From Heterodontus francisci (lineage: Eukaryota): a stretch of 64,000 nt of DNA. A model generated the notes under the pieces. That model searched no databases and had not been told where the DNA came from. It was given only the letters and a program-made list of their open reading frames with translations. This document shows, piece after piece, positions 38,610 to 51,454 of this stretch (within the stretch, counting starts at the first letter, position 1; each line of letters begins with the position of its first letter). The DNA is taken from NCBI RefSeq assembly GCF_036365525.1, contig NC_090404.1, forward strand, positions 11,188,550-11,252,549, in the 5' to 3' direction. Both the position numbers and the translations under genes were made by a program.

Positions 38610-41600
38610 CTTCACGGATGAAGATTTTAAGAAGGTTGTCTTCATCGGTTGTAGTCCAGCTGGTGGCTAGTCAGGCCTATCCATGACCGGTAGATTCTCC
38701 CACAGCGGGTACAAGTGAAGGTGTAGTCGCTGCTGGGGGCAATTGGATCTATCCTTCTCCTCATTTTCTCTTTCATGCTAGATCTTCACTCAGTATCAAA
38801 GGTGTCAGGAGCACTTCTGATGTAGCATCTCCAGGCACCACGATCTATGGCCTGTGCTTCCCACTGGCGATGGTCAATGTGTCACACAGAGAACGACTTC
38901 TTCAGGGAGTCCTTGAAAGGTTTGCATGGGGCCTCTCTTTCCTTTGAACAGTGGTCAGCTCTCCATACAACACGATCTTGGGCAGGCGACTTGTCATCCA
39001 TCCAGGCAACGTGACCAGCCCAACGTACTTTGCTTTGCAGGAAGATGGCCTCGATGCTCGTGATGTTGGCTGCTCCAGGACTTCAATTGTTGTGATCCTG
39101 CCAGTGGATCTTGAGGATGATGCAGAGGCAGTGCTGATGGAAGTGCTTTAGGAGGCGTACATGACAGCGGTATAGGACCCATAACTCGGCGCCATACAGA
39201 AGGGTGGTGAGGACTACGACGTTATCCACTTTACATTTGGTCTGCGCTCTGAGCCTGTAGTTGCTCCACACTTGTTTGTAGAGTCTGACAAATATAGTGC
39301 TTGCTTTTAAAAGCCTATTGTCCACTTCCTTGTCCATGGTGGCATCAAACGAGATGACACTCCCAAAATTGGTAAATTGCTTGATGGCATTCAATTCAGT
39401 TCCCTCGATGACAATGCTTGGTGGTCTATGTTCTTCTTGGGCTGTAGGCTGATGCAGGACTTCAGTTTTAGAACATTACAGCGCAGTACAGGCCCTTCGG
39501 CCCTCGATGTTGCGCCTACCTGTGAAACCATCTGACCTACATTATTCCATTTTCATCCATATGTCTATCCAATGACCACTTAAATGCCCTTAAAGTTGGC
39601 GAGTCTACTACTGTTGCAGGCAGGGCGCTCCACGCCCCTACTACTCTCTGAGTAAAGAAACTACCTCGAACATCTGTCCTATATCTATCACCCCTCAACT
39701 TAAAGCTATGTCCCCTCGTGTTTGCCATCACCATCCGAGGTAAAAGACTCTCACTATCCACCCTATCTAACCCTCTGATTATCTTATATGTCTCTATTAA
39801 GTCACCTCTCCTCCTCCTTCTCTCCAACGAAAACAACCTCAAGTCCCTCAGCCTTTCCTTGTAAGACCTTCCCTTCATACCAGGCAACATCCTAGTAAAT
39901 CTCCTCTGCACCCTTTCCAAAGCTTCCACATCTTTCCTATAATGCGGTGACCAGAACTGCACGCAATACTCCAGGTGCGGTCTCATCAGAGTTTTGTAAA
40001 GCTGCAGCATGACCTCGTGGCTCCGAAACTCGATCCCCCTACTAATAAAAGCTAACACACCATATGTCTTCTTAACAGCCCTATTAACCTGGGTAGCAAC
40101 TTTCAGGGATTTATGTACCTGGACACCAAGATCTCTCTGTTAATCTACACTACCAAGAATATTCCCATGAGCCCAGTACTCTGCATTCCTATTACTCCTT
40201 CCAAAGTGAATCACCTCACACTTTTCTGCATTAAACTCCATTTGCCATCTCTCAGCCCAGCTCTGCAGCCTATCTATGTCCCTCTGTACCCTACAACATC
40301 CTTCGGCACTATCCACAACTCCACCGACCTTCGTGTCATCCGCAAATTTACTAACCCACCCTTCTACACCCTCATCCAGGTCATTTATAAAAATGACAAA
40401 CAGCAGTGGCCCCAAAACAGATCCTTGCGGTACACCACTAGTAACTAAACTCCAGGATGGACATTTGCCATCAACCACCACCCACTGTCTTCTTTCAGCT
40501 AGCCAATTTCTGATCCAAAGCTCTGAATCACCTTCAACCCCATACTTCCGTATTTTCTGCAATAGCCTACCGTGGGGAACCTTATCAAACGCCTTACTGA
40601 AATCCATATACACCACATCCACTGCTTTACCCTCATCCACCTGTTTGGTCACCTTCTCGAAAAACTCAATAAGGTTTGTGAGGCACGACCTACCCTTCAT
40701 AAAACCGTGCTGACTATCGCTAATGAACTTATTCTTTTCAAGATGATTATAAATCCTGTCTCTTATAACCTTTTCCAACATTTTACCCACAACCGAAGTA
40801 AGGCTCACAGGTCTATAATTACCAGGGCTGTCCCTACTCCCCTTCTTGAACAAGGGGACAACATTTGCTATCCTCAAGTCTTCCGGCACTATTCCTGTCG
40901 ACAATGACGACATAAAGATCAAGGACAAAGGCTCTGCAATCTCCTCCCTGGCTTCCCAGAGAATCCTAGGATAAATCCCATCTGGCCCAGGGGACTTATC
41001 TATTTTCACACTTTCCAAAATTGCTAACACCTCCTCCTTGTAAACCTCAATCCCATCTAGCCTAGTAGTCTGAATCTCAGTATTCTCCTCGACAACATTT
41101 TCTTTCTCTACTGTAAATACTGACGAAAAATATTCATTTAACACTTCCCCTATCTCCTCTGATTCCACACACAACTTCCCACTACTATCCTTGATTGGCC
41201 CTAATCTAACTCTAGTCATTCTTTTATTCCTGATATACCTATAGAAAGCCTTAGGGTTTTCCTTGATCCTATCCGCCAATGACTTCTCGTGTCCTCTCCT
41301 TGCTCTTCTTAGCTCTCCCTTTAGATCCTTCCTGGCTAGCTTGTAACTCTCAAGCACCCTAACTGAGCCTTCACGTCTCATCCTAACATAAGCCTTCTTC
41401 TTCCTTTTGACAAGCGCTTCAACTTCTTTAGTAAACCACGACTCCCTCGCTCGACAACTTCCTCCCTGCCTGACAGGTACATACTTATCAAGGACACGCA
41501 GTAGCTGCTCCTTGAATAAGCTCCACATTTCGATTGTGCCCATCCCCTGCAGTTTCCTTCCCCATCCTACGCATCCTAAATCTTGCCTAATCGCATCATA

Positions 41601-43180
41601 ATTTCCTTTCCCCCAGCTATAATTCTTGCCCTGCGGTATATACCTGTCCCTGCCCATCGCTAAGGTAAACCTAACCGAATTGTGATCACTATCACCAAAG
41701 TGCTCACCTACATCTATATCTAACACCTGGCCGGGTTCATTACCCAGTACCAAATCCAATGTGGCATCGCCCCTGGTTGGCCTATCTACATACTGTGTCA
41801 GAAAACCCTCCTGCACACACTGGACAAAAACTGACCCATCTAAAGTACTCGAACTATAGTATTTCCAGTCAATATTTGGAAAGTTAAAGTCCCCCATAAC
41901 AACTACCCTGTTACTCTCGCCCCTGTCGAGAATCATCTTCGCTATCCTTTCCTCTACATCTCTGGAACTATTCGGAGGTCTATAGAAGACTCCCAACAGG
42001 GTGACCTCTCCTCTCCTGTTTCTAACCTCGGCCCATACTACCTCAGTCGACGAGTCCTCAAACGTCCTTTCTGCCGCTGTAATACTCTCTTTGATTAACA
42101 ATGCCACACCCCCTCCTCTTTTACCATCTTCTCTGTTCTTACTGAAACATCTAAATCCCGGAAACTGCAACATCCATTCCTGCCCCTGCTCTACCCATGT
42201 CTCCGAAATGGCCACTACATCGAGATCCCAGGTACCAACCCATGCTGCAAGCTCACCCACCTTATTCTGGATGCTCCTGGCGTTGAAGTAGACACACTTT
42301 AAACCAAGTTCTTGCTTGCCAGTGCCCTCTTGCGTCCTTGTAACCTTATCCCTGACCTCACTACACTCAACATCCTGTACACTGGAACTACAATTTAGGT
42401 TCCCATTCCCCTGCTGAATTAGTTTAAACCCCCCCCGAAGAGCACTAGCAAATCTCCCCCCGTTATTGGTACCCCTTTGGTTCAGGTGAAGACCATCCTG
42501 TTTGTAGAGGTCCCACCTCCCCCAGAAAGAGCCCCAATTATCCAGGAAACCAAAACCCTCCCTCCTACACCATCCCTGCAGCCACGTGTTCAACTCCTCT
42601 CTCTCCCTAAAGTTTTCTTTAAACTGATTTTTAGTCTGAAGAGTTGTGCTGCCTCCGGAAAATGTGTTGTTACACGTTGCAGGTCTCGCTGAATGTGGGC
42701 CAGGAGAGCACAGTCATCGACAAAAAGAGGTTCATGGATGAGTTTTTCTTGTGTCTTTGTATGAGCCTAAGGCTGTGCTCACAGATTCGAATTCCTTGGT
42801 GAGGTCCATGAAAGTGATGTACAGGCCTTTTTTTTGCTCACGGCACTTTTCTTGTAATTGTCTGAGTGCAAGCACCATGTCTGTGGTGCCTCGGTTTGCT
42901 CTGAAACCGCACCGACTCTCTGGGAGGTATTCATCTGCAATGGTAGGCACAAGCCTGTTCAGAAGTATTTCAGCCAGGATCTTCCCAGCAACAGAAAGAT
43001 GTGTGATCCCATGGTAGTTGGAGCAGTCTGATTTTTCTGTTTGTTTTTGTACAAGGTGATGACAATGGCATCACGAAGATTCCGTGGAATATCGCCCTGT
43101 TCCCAGCAGGCCGTGAAAAACGCATGCAGCTTGGTGTCAAGGGCAGGGCCACCAGGTTTTAAGGCTTCGGGTGGATGATT
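38610..43180 (-). mobile_element. Old RTE LINE (38610-39469 plus 42610-43180) split by a CR1
   Basis: LPESRCGFRANRGTTDMV, LLYGAELW; the reading KISLKKT|EVLHQP rejoins across the CR1, with a short AGTTTT duplication. Confidence 0.85.
39470..42610 (-). mobile_element. Young CR1 LINE: ORF1 esterase C-terminus plus near-complete ORF2 (APE endonuclease + RT) with one in-frame stop at 40140-40142
   Basis: DGLH (SGNH esterase); YFNARS, SETW, GDFN, SDH (APE); RT motifs; ORF 39537-40058 is in frame with 40140-42593. Confidence 0.95.
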
Positions 43181-44275
43181 GCCAATATACATCACATCAA
43201 CAGTATTATGCTCATCCACCATCTCTGTAACCTCTTCAAAAATACTCAGGCAAGTTAGTTAAACATGATTTTCCTTTACAAATCCGTGCTGGATTTCCTT
43301 AATTAATCCGAAAATGCCTAAGTGACTGGCAATTTTGTTTTGAGTTATAATTTCTAAAAGCTTCCCTACCACCAAGGCTGAACTGACTGGCCTGGACTTA
43401 TCCTTACACCATTTTTTGAACAAATGTGTAACATTACAATTATCCAGTTTTCTGGCACCACCCCTGTAACGTAGGAGGATTGGAAAATTATGGCCAGTTC
43501 CACCGCAATTTCTACCCTTACTTATCTCAGTATCCTTGGATGTATCTCATCCAGTCCTGGTGACCTAAGTACAGTCAGTCTATATAATATCTCCTCTTCA
43601 TGAATCTTCAGCCCATCCGGTGTCTCAGCTACCTCCTCTTTCACTGTGTGCAGCATCTTCTTCCATGATAAGGACAAATGCAAAGTGCTCATTTAGTATC
43701 TCAGGTATGTCTGCTAATCTATGCCCAATTAATTATTTTTACCCTGTATTCACCCTTGGCCATTTCCATGGCCAAGCTAAACCTCATCATACTATGATCG
43801 CTGTCCCCTAAATGTTCTCCTGCTGATATTTGATCCACTTGACTCATCTCATTCCCCAGAGCCAGATCCAGTCATGTCTCCTTTCTCGTTGGAATGGAAT
43901 CATACTGATGTAGAAAATTCGCCTGAACAGAATCTAGAAACTCTTGCTCCTCTCTGCCCTTTACGCTATTACTATCTCAGTCTATATGTGGAGAATTAAA
44001 TGTTCACATTATAACTGCTGTATAATTCTTGGACATCCCTGTCATTTCCTTGCACATTTGCTCCTCTATATATTTCCCATTAGTTGGTGGCCTATAAAAT
44101 GCACCCAGCAATGTAATGGTACCTCTATTGTTTCTCAGCTGTAACCAAATAGAATCTGCCCTTGATCTCTCTCTCTCTAGCCCTGTAATATTCAGCTTAT
44201 CAAACTTCTATCCCTCCCACTTACTTTCCTTCCCTATATTTCCTAAACACCTTGTATTCTGAGAACATCTAATTC
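43180..44275 (-). mobile_element. Decayed CR1 LINE
   Basis: Degenerate RT/APE-region similarity to neighbouring copies. Confidence 0.65.
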
Positions 44276-45609
44276 TCTGCCAGAAAGTTTTGTCACTCTG
44301 ACTCATGTGGAGGAGTAAGGGGGGTTGGAAGTCCAGGTACTTTCCAGATAATTTCAATTTTTGGTCAACAATACCAACAACATTCAAACACAACGCAATC
44401 GACACACCACACTGTTTATAACTCACTGAGGAACCGTTTTGGATGGATACATTGTTAGCATCCTTCATTGAATTACGCATTGGACCATGACAGACAGTGA
44501 TTCTGAGTGTTTGCTGTCTCAGTCTCCTCTGCCCTAGCATCTGCAATTTAGATATTATCTCTTGCGCTAAATGCATGATCGTGTGTGGAGCAGTGTCATG
44601 ACAGAAAGATATTTTCTGGAATCCCCAGCTGTCACCTGTGACACCGGTAAACTGATGCCTCTATAAATTTTGGCCACAGATGAGGTGCTGAAGCGTTATC
44701 CCATGGAACATTCGGAGAAACATCAATTCTTAATTTCCTCGTGAATGTTGCTGCATAATATTGCTGGATTATTAATATGCCAGATTATTATAGCTGTTAT
44801 TACTTTCGTTTTATAATTACTGCACCTGCTGCCTTTTATTGTTCTACTTTTACTATCGTTGCTGTTTAATATTAAATTTTTGAGATTATTTGTCTCAGTT
44901 TTCTGGCATGCCCAAGTCAATAAAACAAAGTTCATTTGCATAAACAAGATGGGGCATTCCCATTAATAATTCCACAATTGATAAGGTTGGATTGTTATTT
45001 TTGTAAGAATGGTAATCTGGTGGCTTCCCTAATTATCAAATGCGGACATCAATCACAATTTCATAAATCCATGAATGAAGGGCGATTACTACGCTGCTAT
45101 TGAGTGCTAATCTGTATATTGAGTCAAAACAACACAGATACATGCACACATTTTATATTATATATATATATGTATATATATTGTCTATTGATACAGAGAG
45201 AGTCTCCCTTTACACGGCCCTATCAAACATTGCCAGGGCAGATACAGCACACGTATCGACACTGTTCCATAAAACACTCCCAGGGCAGACATACCAGGGA
45301 ACAGCCAGGGTGAAGATCCTTCTGCCCTGTGACATCAAGGACTACCAGGTCAGCCAGACCAACGGATAAAATTTAGAGACCATTCTGGTTGATCAGGGCC
45401 CATTAAAGGGGAAATAGTGAAAAAATGAACTTATGCTTCTAAATAAAAGGAAATATGATTTTATTCTGTTAAACTACCCGGATGCTGAAATTTGCACATT
45501 TAAACTACTTTTATTTTTACTGATTTTATTTCTGTTTGCACCATCTTCTGAAATCTGCGGCTGATATTCTCCTTAATCCCCATGTCGAGTGGGTTATTAT
45601 ACGAATTAT

Positions 45610-48520
45610 GTATTAGGAGCAGGAGAAAGCCATTCGGCCCTTCGGGCCTGCTCTGCCATTCAATAATTTCATGGCTGAACTGATTACTCCACATTTCCAC
45701 TTACCCCCGATAACCTTCCCTCCCTCTTGCTTATCAAGAATCTATCTACCTCTGCCTTTAAAATATTCAAAGACTCTGCTTCCACCACCATTTGAGGAAG
45801 AGAATTTCAAAGACCCACGAACATCTGAGAGAGAAAAAAATTTCCTCATCTCTGTCTTAAATGGGCGACCCCTTATTTACAAAGATCCTCCCACAAGGGG
45901 AAACATCCTTCCTACATCCACCCTGTCAAGATCCCTCAGGATCTTATATGTTTCAATCAAGTCGCCTCTTACTGTTCCAAATTCCAGCGGATTAGTCTGG
46001 TAAAACTTCTCTGTACTGGCTCCAACGCATTTACATCCTTCCTTAAATAAGGAGACCAGTGCTGTAAAAAAGTACTCCAGATGTGGTCTCACCAATGCCC
46101 TGAATAGCTGAAGCATAACTTCCCTACTATTGTGTTCAGTTGCCCTCGGGAAAAACCATAACATTCTATTAGCTTTCCTAATTACGTGCTGTACCTGCAT
46201 ACTAACCTTTTATGCACTAGGCCACCCAGATCCCTTTGCATTTCAGAGCTCTGCAATCTCTCACCATTTAGATAATATGCTTCTTTTTTATTCTTCATGC
46301 CAAAGTGGACAATTACACACTTACCCACATTTTACTTCATTTGCCAGGTCTTTGTCCACTCGCTTAACCTATCTATACTCCTTTGTTAGCCTCATTATGT
46401 CCTCTTCACAAGTTACTTTCCTACCTGTCTTTGTGTCATCAGCAAATTTAGCAACCATCCTTTGGCCCCTTCATCTATATAAATTGTAAAAAGCACAGAC
46501 CCCTGTGGCACACCACTCGTTACTTCTTGTCAACCTGTTTATGCGTATTCTCTGTTTCCTGTTAGCTAACCAATCTTCTATCCATGCCAATATGTTACCC
46601 CTATATCATGAGCTTTTATTTTCTGCAATAACCTTTGATGTGGCACCTTATCAAATTCCTTCTGGAAATCTAAGTAAAATACATCCACCGGTTTTGCTTT
46701 ATCCACAGCACATGTAACTCCCTCAAAGAACTCCAATAAATTGGTTAAACATGATTTCCCTTTCACAAAACCATGTTGACTCTGTCTGATTAACTTGAAT
46801 TTTTCTAAATTCCCTGCTATAACATATTTACTAATAGTTTCTAACATTTTCCCTAAGACAGATGCTAAGCTAACTGGCCTGTAGTTTCTTGCTTTCTGTC
46901 TCCCTCCCTTTTTGAATAAAGGAGTTACATTCGCTATTTCCCAATCTAATGGAACCTAGGGAATTTTGGAAAATTATAACTAATGCATCAACTATCTCAT
47001 TAGCCACTTCTTTTAACACCCTAGGAGGAAGTCCATCAGGACCCGGGGACGTGTCAGCCCGCAGCTCCAACAATTTGTTCAGTACCACTTCCCTGGTGAT
47101 TGTAATTTTCGTGAGTTTCCCCCTCCCTTCCATTTCCTGACTTACAGCTCATACTGGGATGTTACTTGTATCCTCAATAGTGAAGACCGATGCATAACTT
47201 TCCTCCTTTGTCCTTGAGTGGGCCAATCCTTTCCCTAGTTATCCTCTTGCTCCTTATATATGAATAAAAGGCTTTGGGATTTTCCTTAACCCTGTTTGCT
47301 AAAGATATTTCATGACCCCTTTTCGCCCTCTTAATTCCTCGTTTCAGATTGCGCCTACAATCCCGATATTCTTTCAAAGCTTCGTCTTTCTTCAGTCGCC
47401 TGGACCTTCTGTGTGCTTCCTTTTTCCTCTTAGCTAGTCTCACAATTTCACCTGTCATCTATGGTTCCCTAATCTTGCCATTTCTACCCCTCATTTTCAC
47501 AGGAACATGTCTCTCCTGCACGCTAATCAACCTCTCTTTAAAAGCCTCCCACATATCAAAAGTGGATTTACCTTCAAATAGCTGCTCCCAATCTACATTC
47601 CCCAGCTCCTGCCGAATTTTGGTATAGTTGGCCTTCCCCCAATTTAGCACTCTTCGTTTAGGACTTTGTCCATGAGTATTCTAAAATTTACGGAATTGTG
47701 ATCACTATTCCCAAAGTAGTCCCCTACTGAAACTTCAACAACCTGGCCCGGCTCATTTCCCAACACCAGGTCCAGTATGGCCCCTTCCCGAGTTGGACTA
47801 TCTACATACTGCTCTAGAAAACCCTCCTGGATGCTCCTTACAAATTCTGCTCCATCTAGACCTCTAACATTAAGTGAATCCCAGTCAATGTGGGGAAAAT
47901 TAAAATCTCCTATCACCACCAGCCTGTTGCTCCTACAGCTTTCCATAATCTGTTTACATATTTGTACCTCTATCTCACGCTCGCTGTTGGGAGACCTGTA
48001 GTACAGCCCCAACATTGTTACCGCACCCTTCCTATTTCTGAGTTCTGCCCATATTGCCTCACAGCTCGAGTCCTCCATAGTGCCTTCCTTCAGCACAGCT
48101 GTGATATCCTCTTTGACCAGTAATGCAACTCCTCCACCCCTTTTACCTCCCTCTCTATCCCGCCTGAAGCATCGGTATCCTGGGATATTTAGTTGCCAAT
48201 CATACCCTTCCCTTAACCAAGTCTCAGTAATAGCAATAACATCATACTCCCAGGTACTAATCCAAGCCCTAAGTTCATCTGCCTTACCTACTACACTTCT
48301 TGCATTAAAACAAATACACCTCAGACCACCAGTCCCTTTGCTTTCATCATCTGCTCCCTGCCTACTCTTTCCCTTAGTCACGCTGACTTCATTATCTAGT
48401 TCCTTACAGGCTTTTGTTACTACATCCTTACTCTCCACTGAACTCATTTGGTTCCCATCCCCCTGCCACATTAGTTTAAACCCTCCCCAACAGCGTTTGC
48501 AAAAGCACCCCCAAACATTT
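45610..48520 (-). mobile_element. Two abutting CR1 pieces (RT/3' end 45610-47190; ORF1 end plus APE 47190-48520)
   Basis: SQHGFVKGKSCLTNL; CICFNARS, TETW, GDFN, SDH; ORF1 end AFANAVGEGLN*. Confidence 0.88.
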
Positions 48521-49334
48521 GGATTCTCAGTTTATCAGCGAAACTGTTGCATGATCATGTTGAATTATTACTATGCTAGAGTACTACAGTTGTCATTGTT
48601 TTATTCTTAATATTACTGTAACTGCTGTCATGTTATTGTTTTGCTCTTACCACCGTTGTTATTTTATATTAATTCTGAGATTTCTTGACTCAGTTTTCTG
48701 GAGTGCCCGAGTCACGAGCACATTACATGTGTATTTGTAGACATTAGAAGGACTTCACATTAATAATTCCTCAGTTCATATGATTGGATTTATAATTCGG
48801 TAAGAATAGAAGTCTCTCGACCTCTCGAATCATCAAATACGGAGATCAAGCTACCTTCAGTAAATTCATGATGCAAAGCTGACTAATATTTTGCTATTGA
48901 AGTTTAATCTGTACGTTGAATTGAAACACCATATATATATAAACGAATTTCATTGCATATCAAACAATACCAGTCGGGAACGTTTGGAGTTGGGAAAAGA
49001 GCAAAGCCCTCTGTGCACTGCCTAATCACACACTGCCAGAGCAGGTACAGCATGGCTTAGATACAGAGTAAAGCTCCCTCTACACTGTCCCATCAAATAC
49101 TCCCAGGACAGGTACAGCACGGGATAATAAACAGAGAGTTTCTGCCTGGATCGGGCCCGATGAGGCATGAAATGGTGAAAAAATAAATGCAATTCCAAGT
49201 AAACAGTAAGCATTATTTTATTATGTTAAAATAATGACCCTGATAAGGTACTTACACATTTTAATTACATTATTGTTGATTTTACTTTTATTGCACACGC
49301 CTCTGGAACCTCTCCTCACACCCCATGTCCAGTG

Positions 49335-49654
49335 AGTTCCTGCAGAGGCGCCTTATATCTTTGTTTCACTGTGTCTCACTGCACTCTAATGCACCACAGT
49401 GTCTGACAGCCGAGCCATGTTAACGGTGAGAGTGGTGCAGCCGTTCTCACTGTCCACAGATATTTTAAACCTTCCCTCAACTCTCTCACCTCTGAATGTG
49501 GAAATGAGACACTGGGGAGCTTGATTGGAGCACTGCCGGTACCAGAATACAAATGCTTTTTTGGTGAAAATAGCGTTGTGTTGAAGTGAAATGTTTTGTC
49601 CTTCGGTTCCTTGATGTACCAACATCTGGAATGTCTCCGAGTGACAAGGAACAG
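49335..49654 (-). pseudogene. TCR alpha/delta-type V pseudogene V1 with 23-RSS
   Basis: V-set frame ...FWYRQ..QAPQCLI..GRFKISVD..TLTV..RLSDTVVH*SAVR; both canonical Cys lost, one stop, acceptor AG lost; RSS CACAGTG(49367-73)-23-GCAGGAACT. Confidence 0.85.
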
Positions 49655-49794
49655 TTGTCAAAGCAGGATCAATAATTAACATAATGATGTATGTAAAGAG
49701 AATTAATACAGGCAAAATGGGCTAATCTACATATCTATCGATCGAACGATCTACCTACATTCCAGGCTATCCATCGATAATCTATCTATCTCGC

Positions 49795-50290
49795 TATGTA
49801 TAAATTAATCGACCTCCCTCTCTCCTATATATTAATCTATCTCCCTCTCTCCAGTATATTAATCTATCTCCCTCTCTCCTGTATGTTAATCTATCTCCCT
49901 CTCTCCTGTATATTAATCTATCTCCCTCTCTCCAGTATATTAATCTATCTCCCTCTCTCCTATATATTAATCTATCTCCCTCACTCCAAATATATTAATC
50001 TATCTCCCTCTCTCCTGTATATTAATCTATCTCCCTCTCTCCTGTATGTTAATCTATCTCCCTCTTTCCTATATATTAATCTATCTCCCTCTCTCCAATA
50101 TATTAATCTATCTCCCTCTCTCCTGTATATTAATCTATCCCCCTCTCTCCTATAGATTAATCTATCTCCTTCTCTCCGATATATTAATCTATCTCCCTCT
50201 CTCCGGTATATTAATCTATCTCCCTCTCTCCTGTATATTAATCTATCCCCTCTCTCTTGTGTATTAATCTACCTCCCTCTCTCTCTTGAT
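49795..50290 (+). repeat. 27-bp minisatellite B (TATATTAATCTATCTCCCTCTCTCCTG), ~18 copies
   Basis: Near-perfect tandem array; ILIYLPLSC pseudo-ORFs. Confidence 0.92.
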
Positions 50291-50553
50291 CTATTTATCC
50301 ATCTATTTCGGTGTGTGAGAGGCGTTGTTCAATGTCTATCTTTCTCTGTATGTTGTGCAACCAAACATAGAATATCTTGGCTAATCATGTTTCAATGCAT
50401 TGTATCTGAAGTAACAGCTACAGGATGTTGTAACTGTATCCCGATGGAAGTTTAAACACGGGCCAGTAACATTTCTGAACATCGCCGGTATGTCTGAAGG
50501 ACTGGGACGGGGTGGGGAAGGTTAACGGTGCAGCGGAGACACGGCAGCAAACA

Positions 50554-51012
50554 AGATATTGTGCAACTGGATCCGCTCTTTGCCTCACTGCGTCCCCATA
50601 GCACAGTGGTACAGTCCGGCGCCTTGGCTCGCGGTGCCATCTACAGAGATGGTGTTGGACTTCTTTACTCGGTCCAAGGACAGTGTGTAGCTTCCTTAGT
50701 CTCAGTTCCCTCTTATATGGAGCCGATAAATGTCGGTGCCGCTGTCACTGTTTGTCTGTACCAGGTGTTCCCAGCAGCAATGGAGAGCCGGCAGTCCAGT
50801 TCAGCCCGTTCCCCTTCCCGAGACACCACCTGCTCAGGGTGTAAGCTCGATCCTCACACTGAACTGCTGTGAACTAAACAAAATCACTCAACAACCACAA
50901 GGTATTAAGAAATTGGTGAAATAAGGCATCTGATCAGATAAATAAACTCACACAACATCAACAGCACCAGACCTCCAAATGGAAACAGGTTTTTGTGGAG
51001 GTTTCTGTTCAT
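50554..51012 (-). pseudogene. TCR V pseudogene V2 (leader plus V)
   Basis: Leader MNRNLHKNLFPFGGLVLLML with GTGAGT donor; V ..EGERAELDC..WYRQ..APTFIGSI*..GLYHCAMG with frameshifts; RSS CGCAGTG (broken CAC, 50586-92)-23-ACAATATCT. Confidence 0.85.
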
Positions 51013-51454
51013 GATGGTGAAGATGGACAAAAGGCAGGTCAGTCAGGGTCTGATTTCCAGACTAGGACTTGCTGCCGAGTCCCAGATTCTCAATGGTGAT
51101 GAGGGGGAGGAAAGGGGAGAGCTTTACATTCTCCTCGTACAGTGTGAGACTGATGGGCGACATTCACCACTCGACTATTATGGGCTGTTGCCACCAGACG
51201 TCATTCACAGCACCTCTCAGGGATTGGCTGTTTTTTTAAAAAGCTGGAACCATCACTGGGAATAATTTCTCTTCTTGCACTGAGTAGTGACCAATTAAAT
51301 GGTTCAGGAAGATTTGATCTCTATCTATTTCTATCCCAAACATTCATCGTGGTCTGAAATCATAGAATTTTACAACATTGTTCCAAACCTTATTTATCTG
51401 AACCACTCAATCTTTCTCCTTACTTGCTCCTTTAAAAGAATATTAACTTCATAT

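Noticed and set aside
44420-44480. Possible orphan V leader exon (minus strand, GTGAGT donor)
   Set aside because: No hydrophobic signal peptide and no V exon downstream
44934-44941. Octamer ATTTGCAT
   Set aside because: Not near any V leader and not conserved in the paralogous copy at ~48.7 kb
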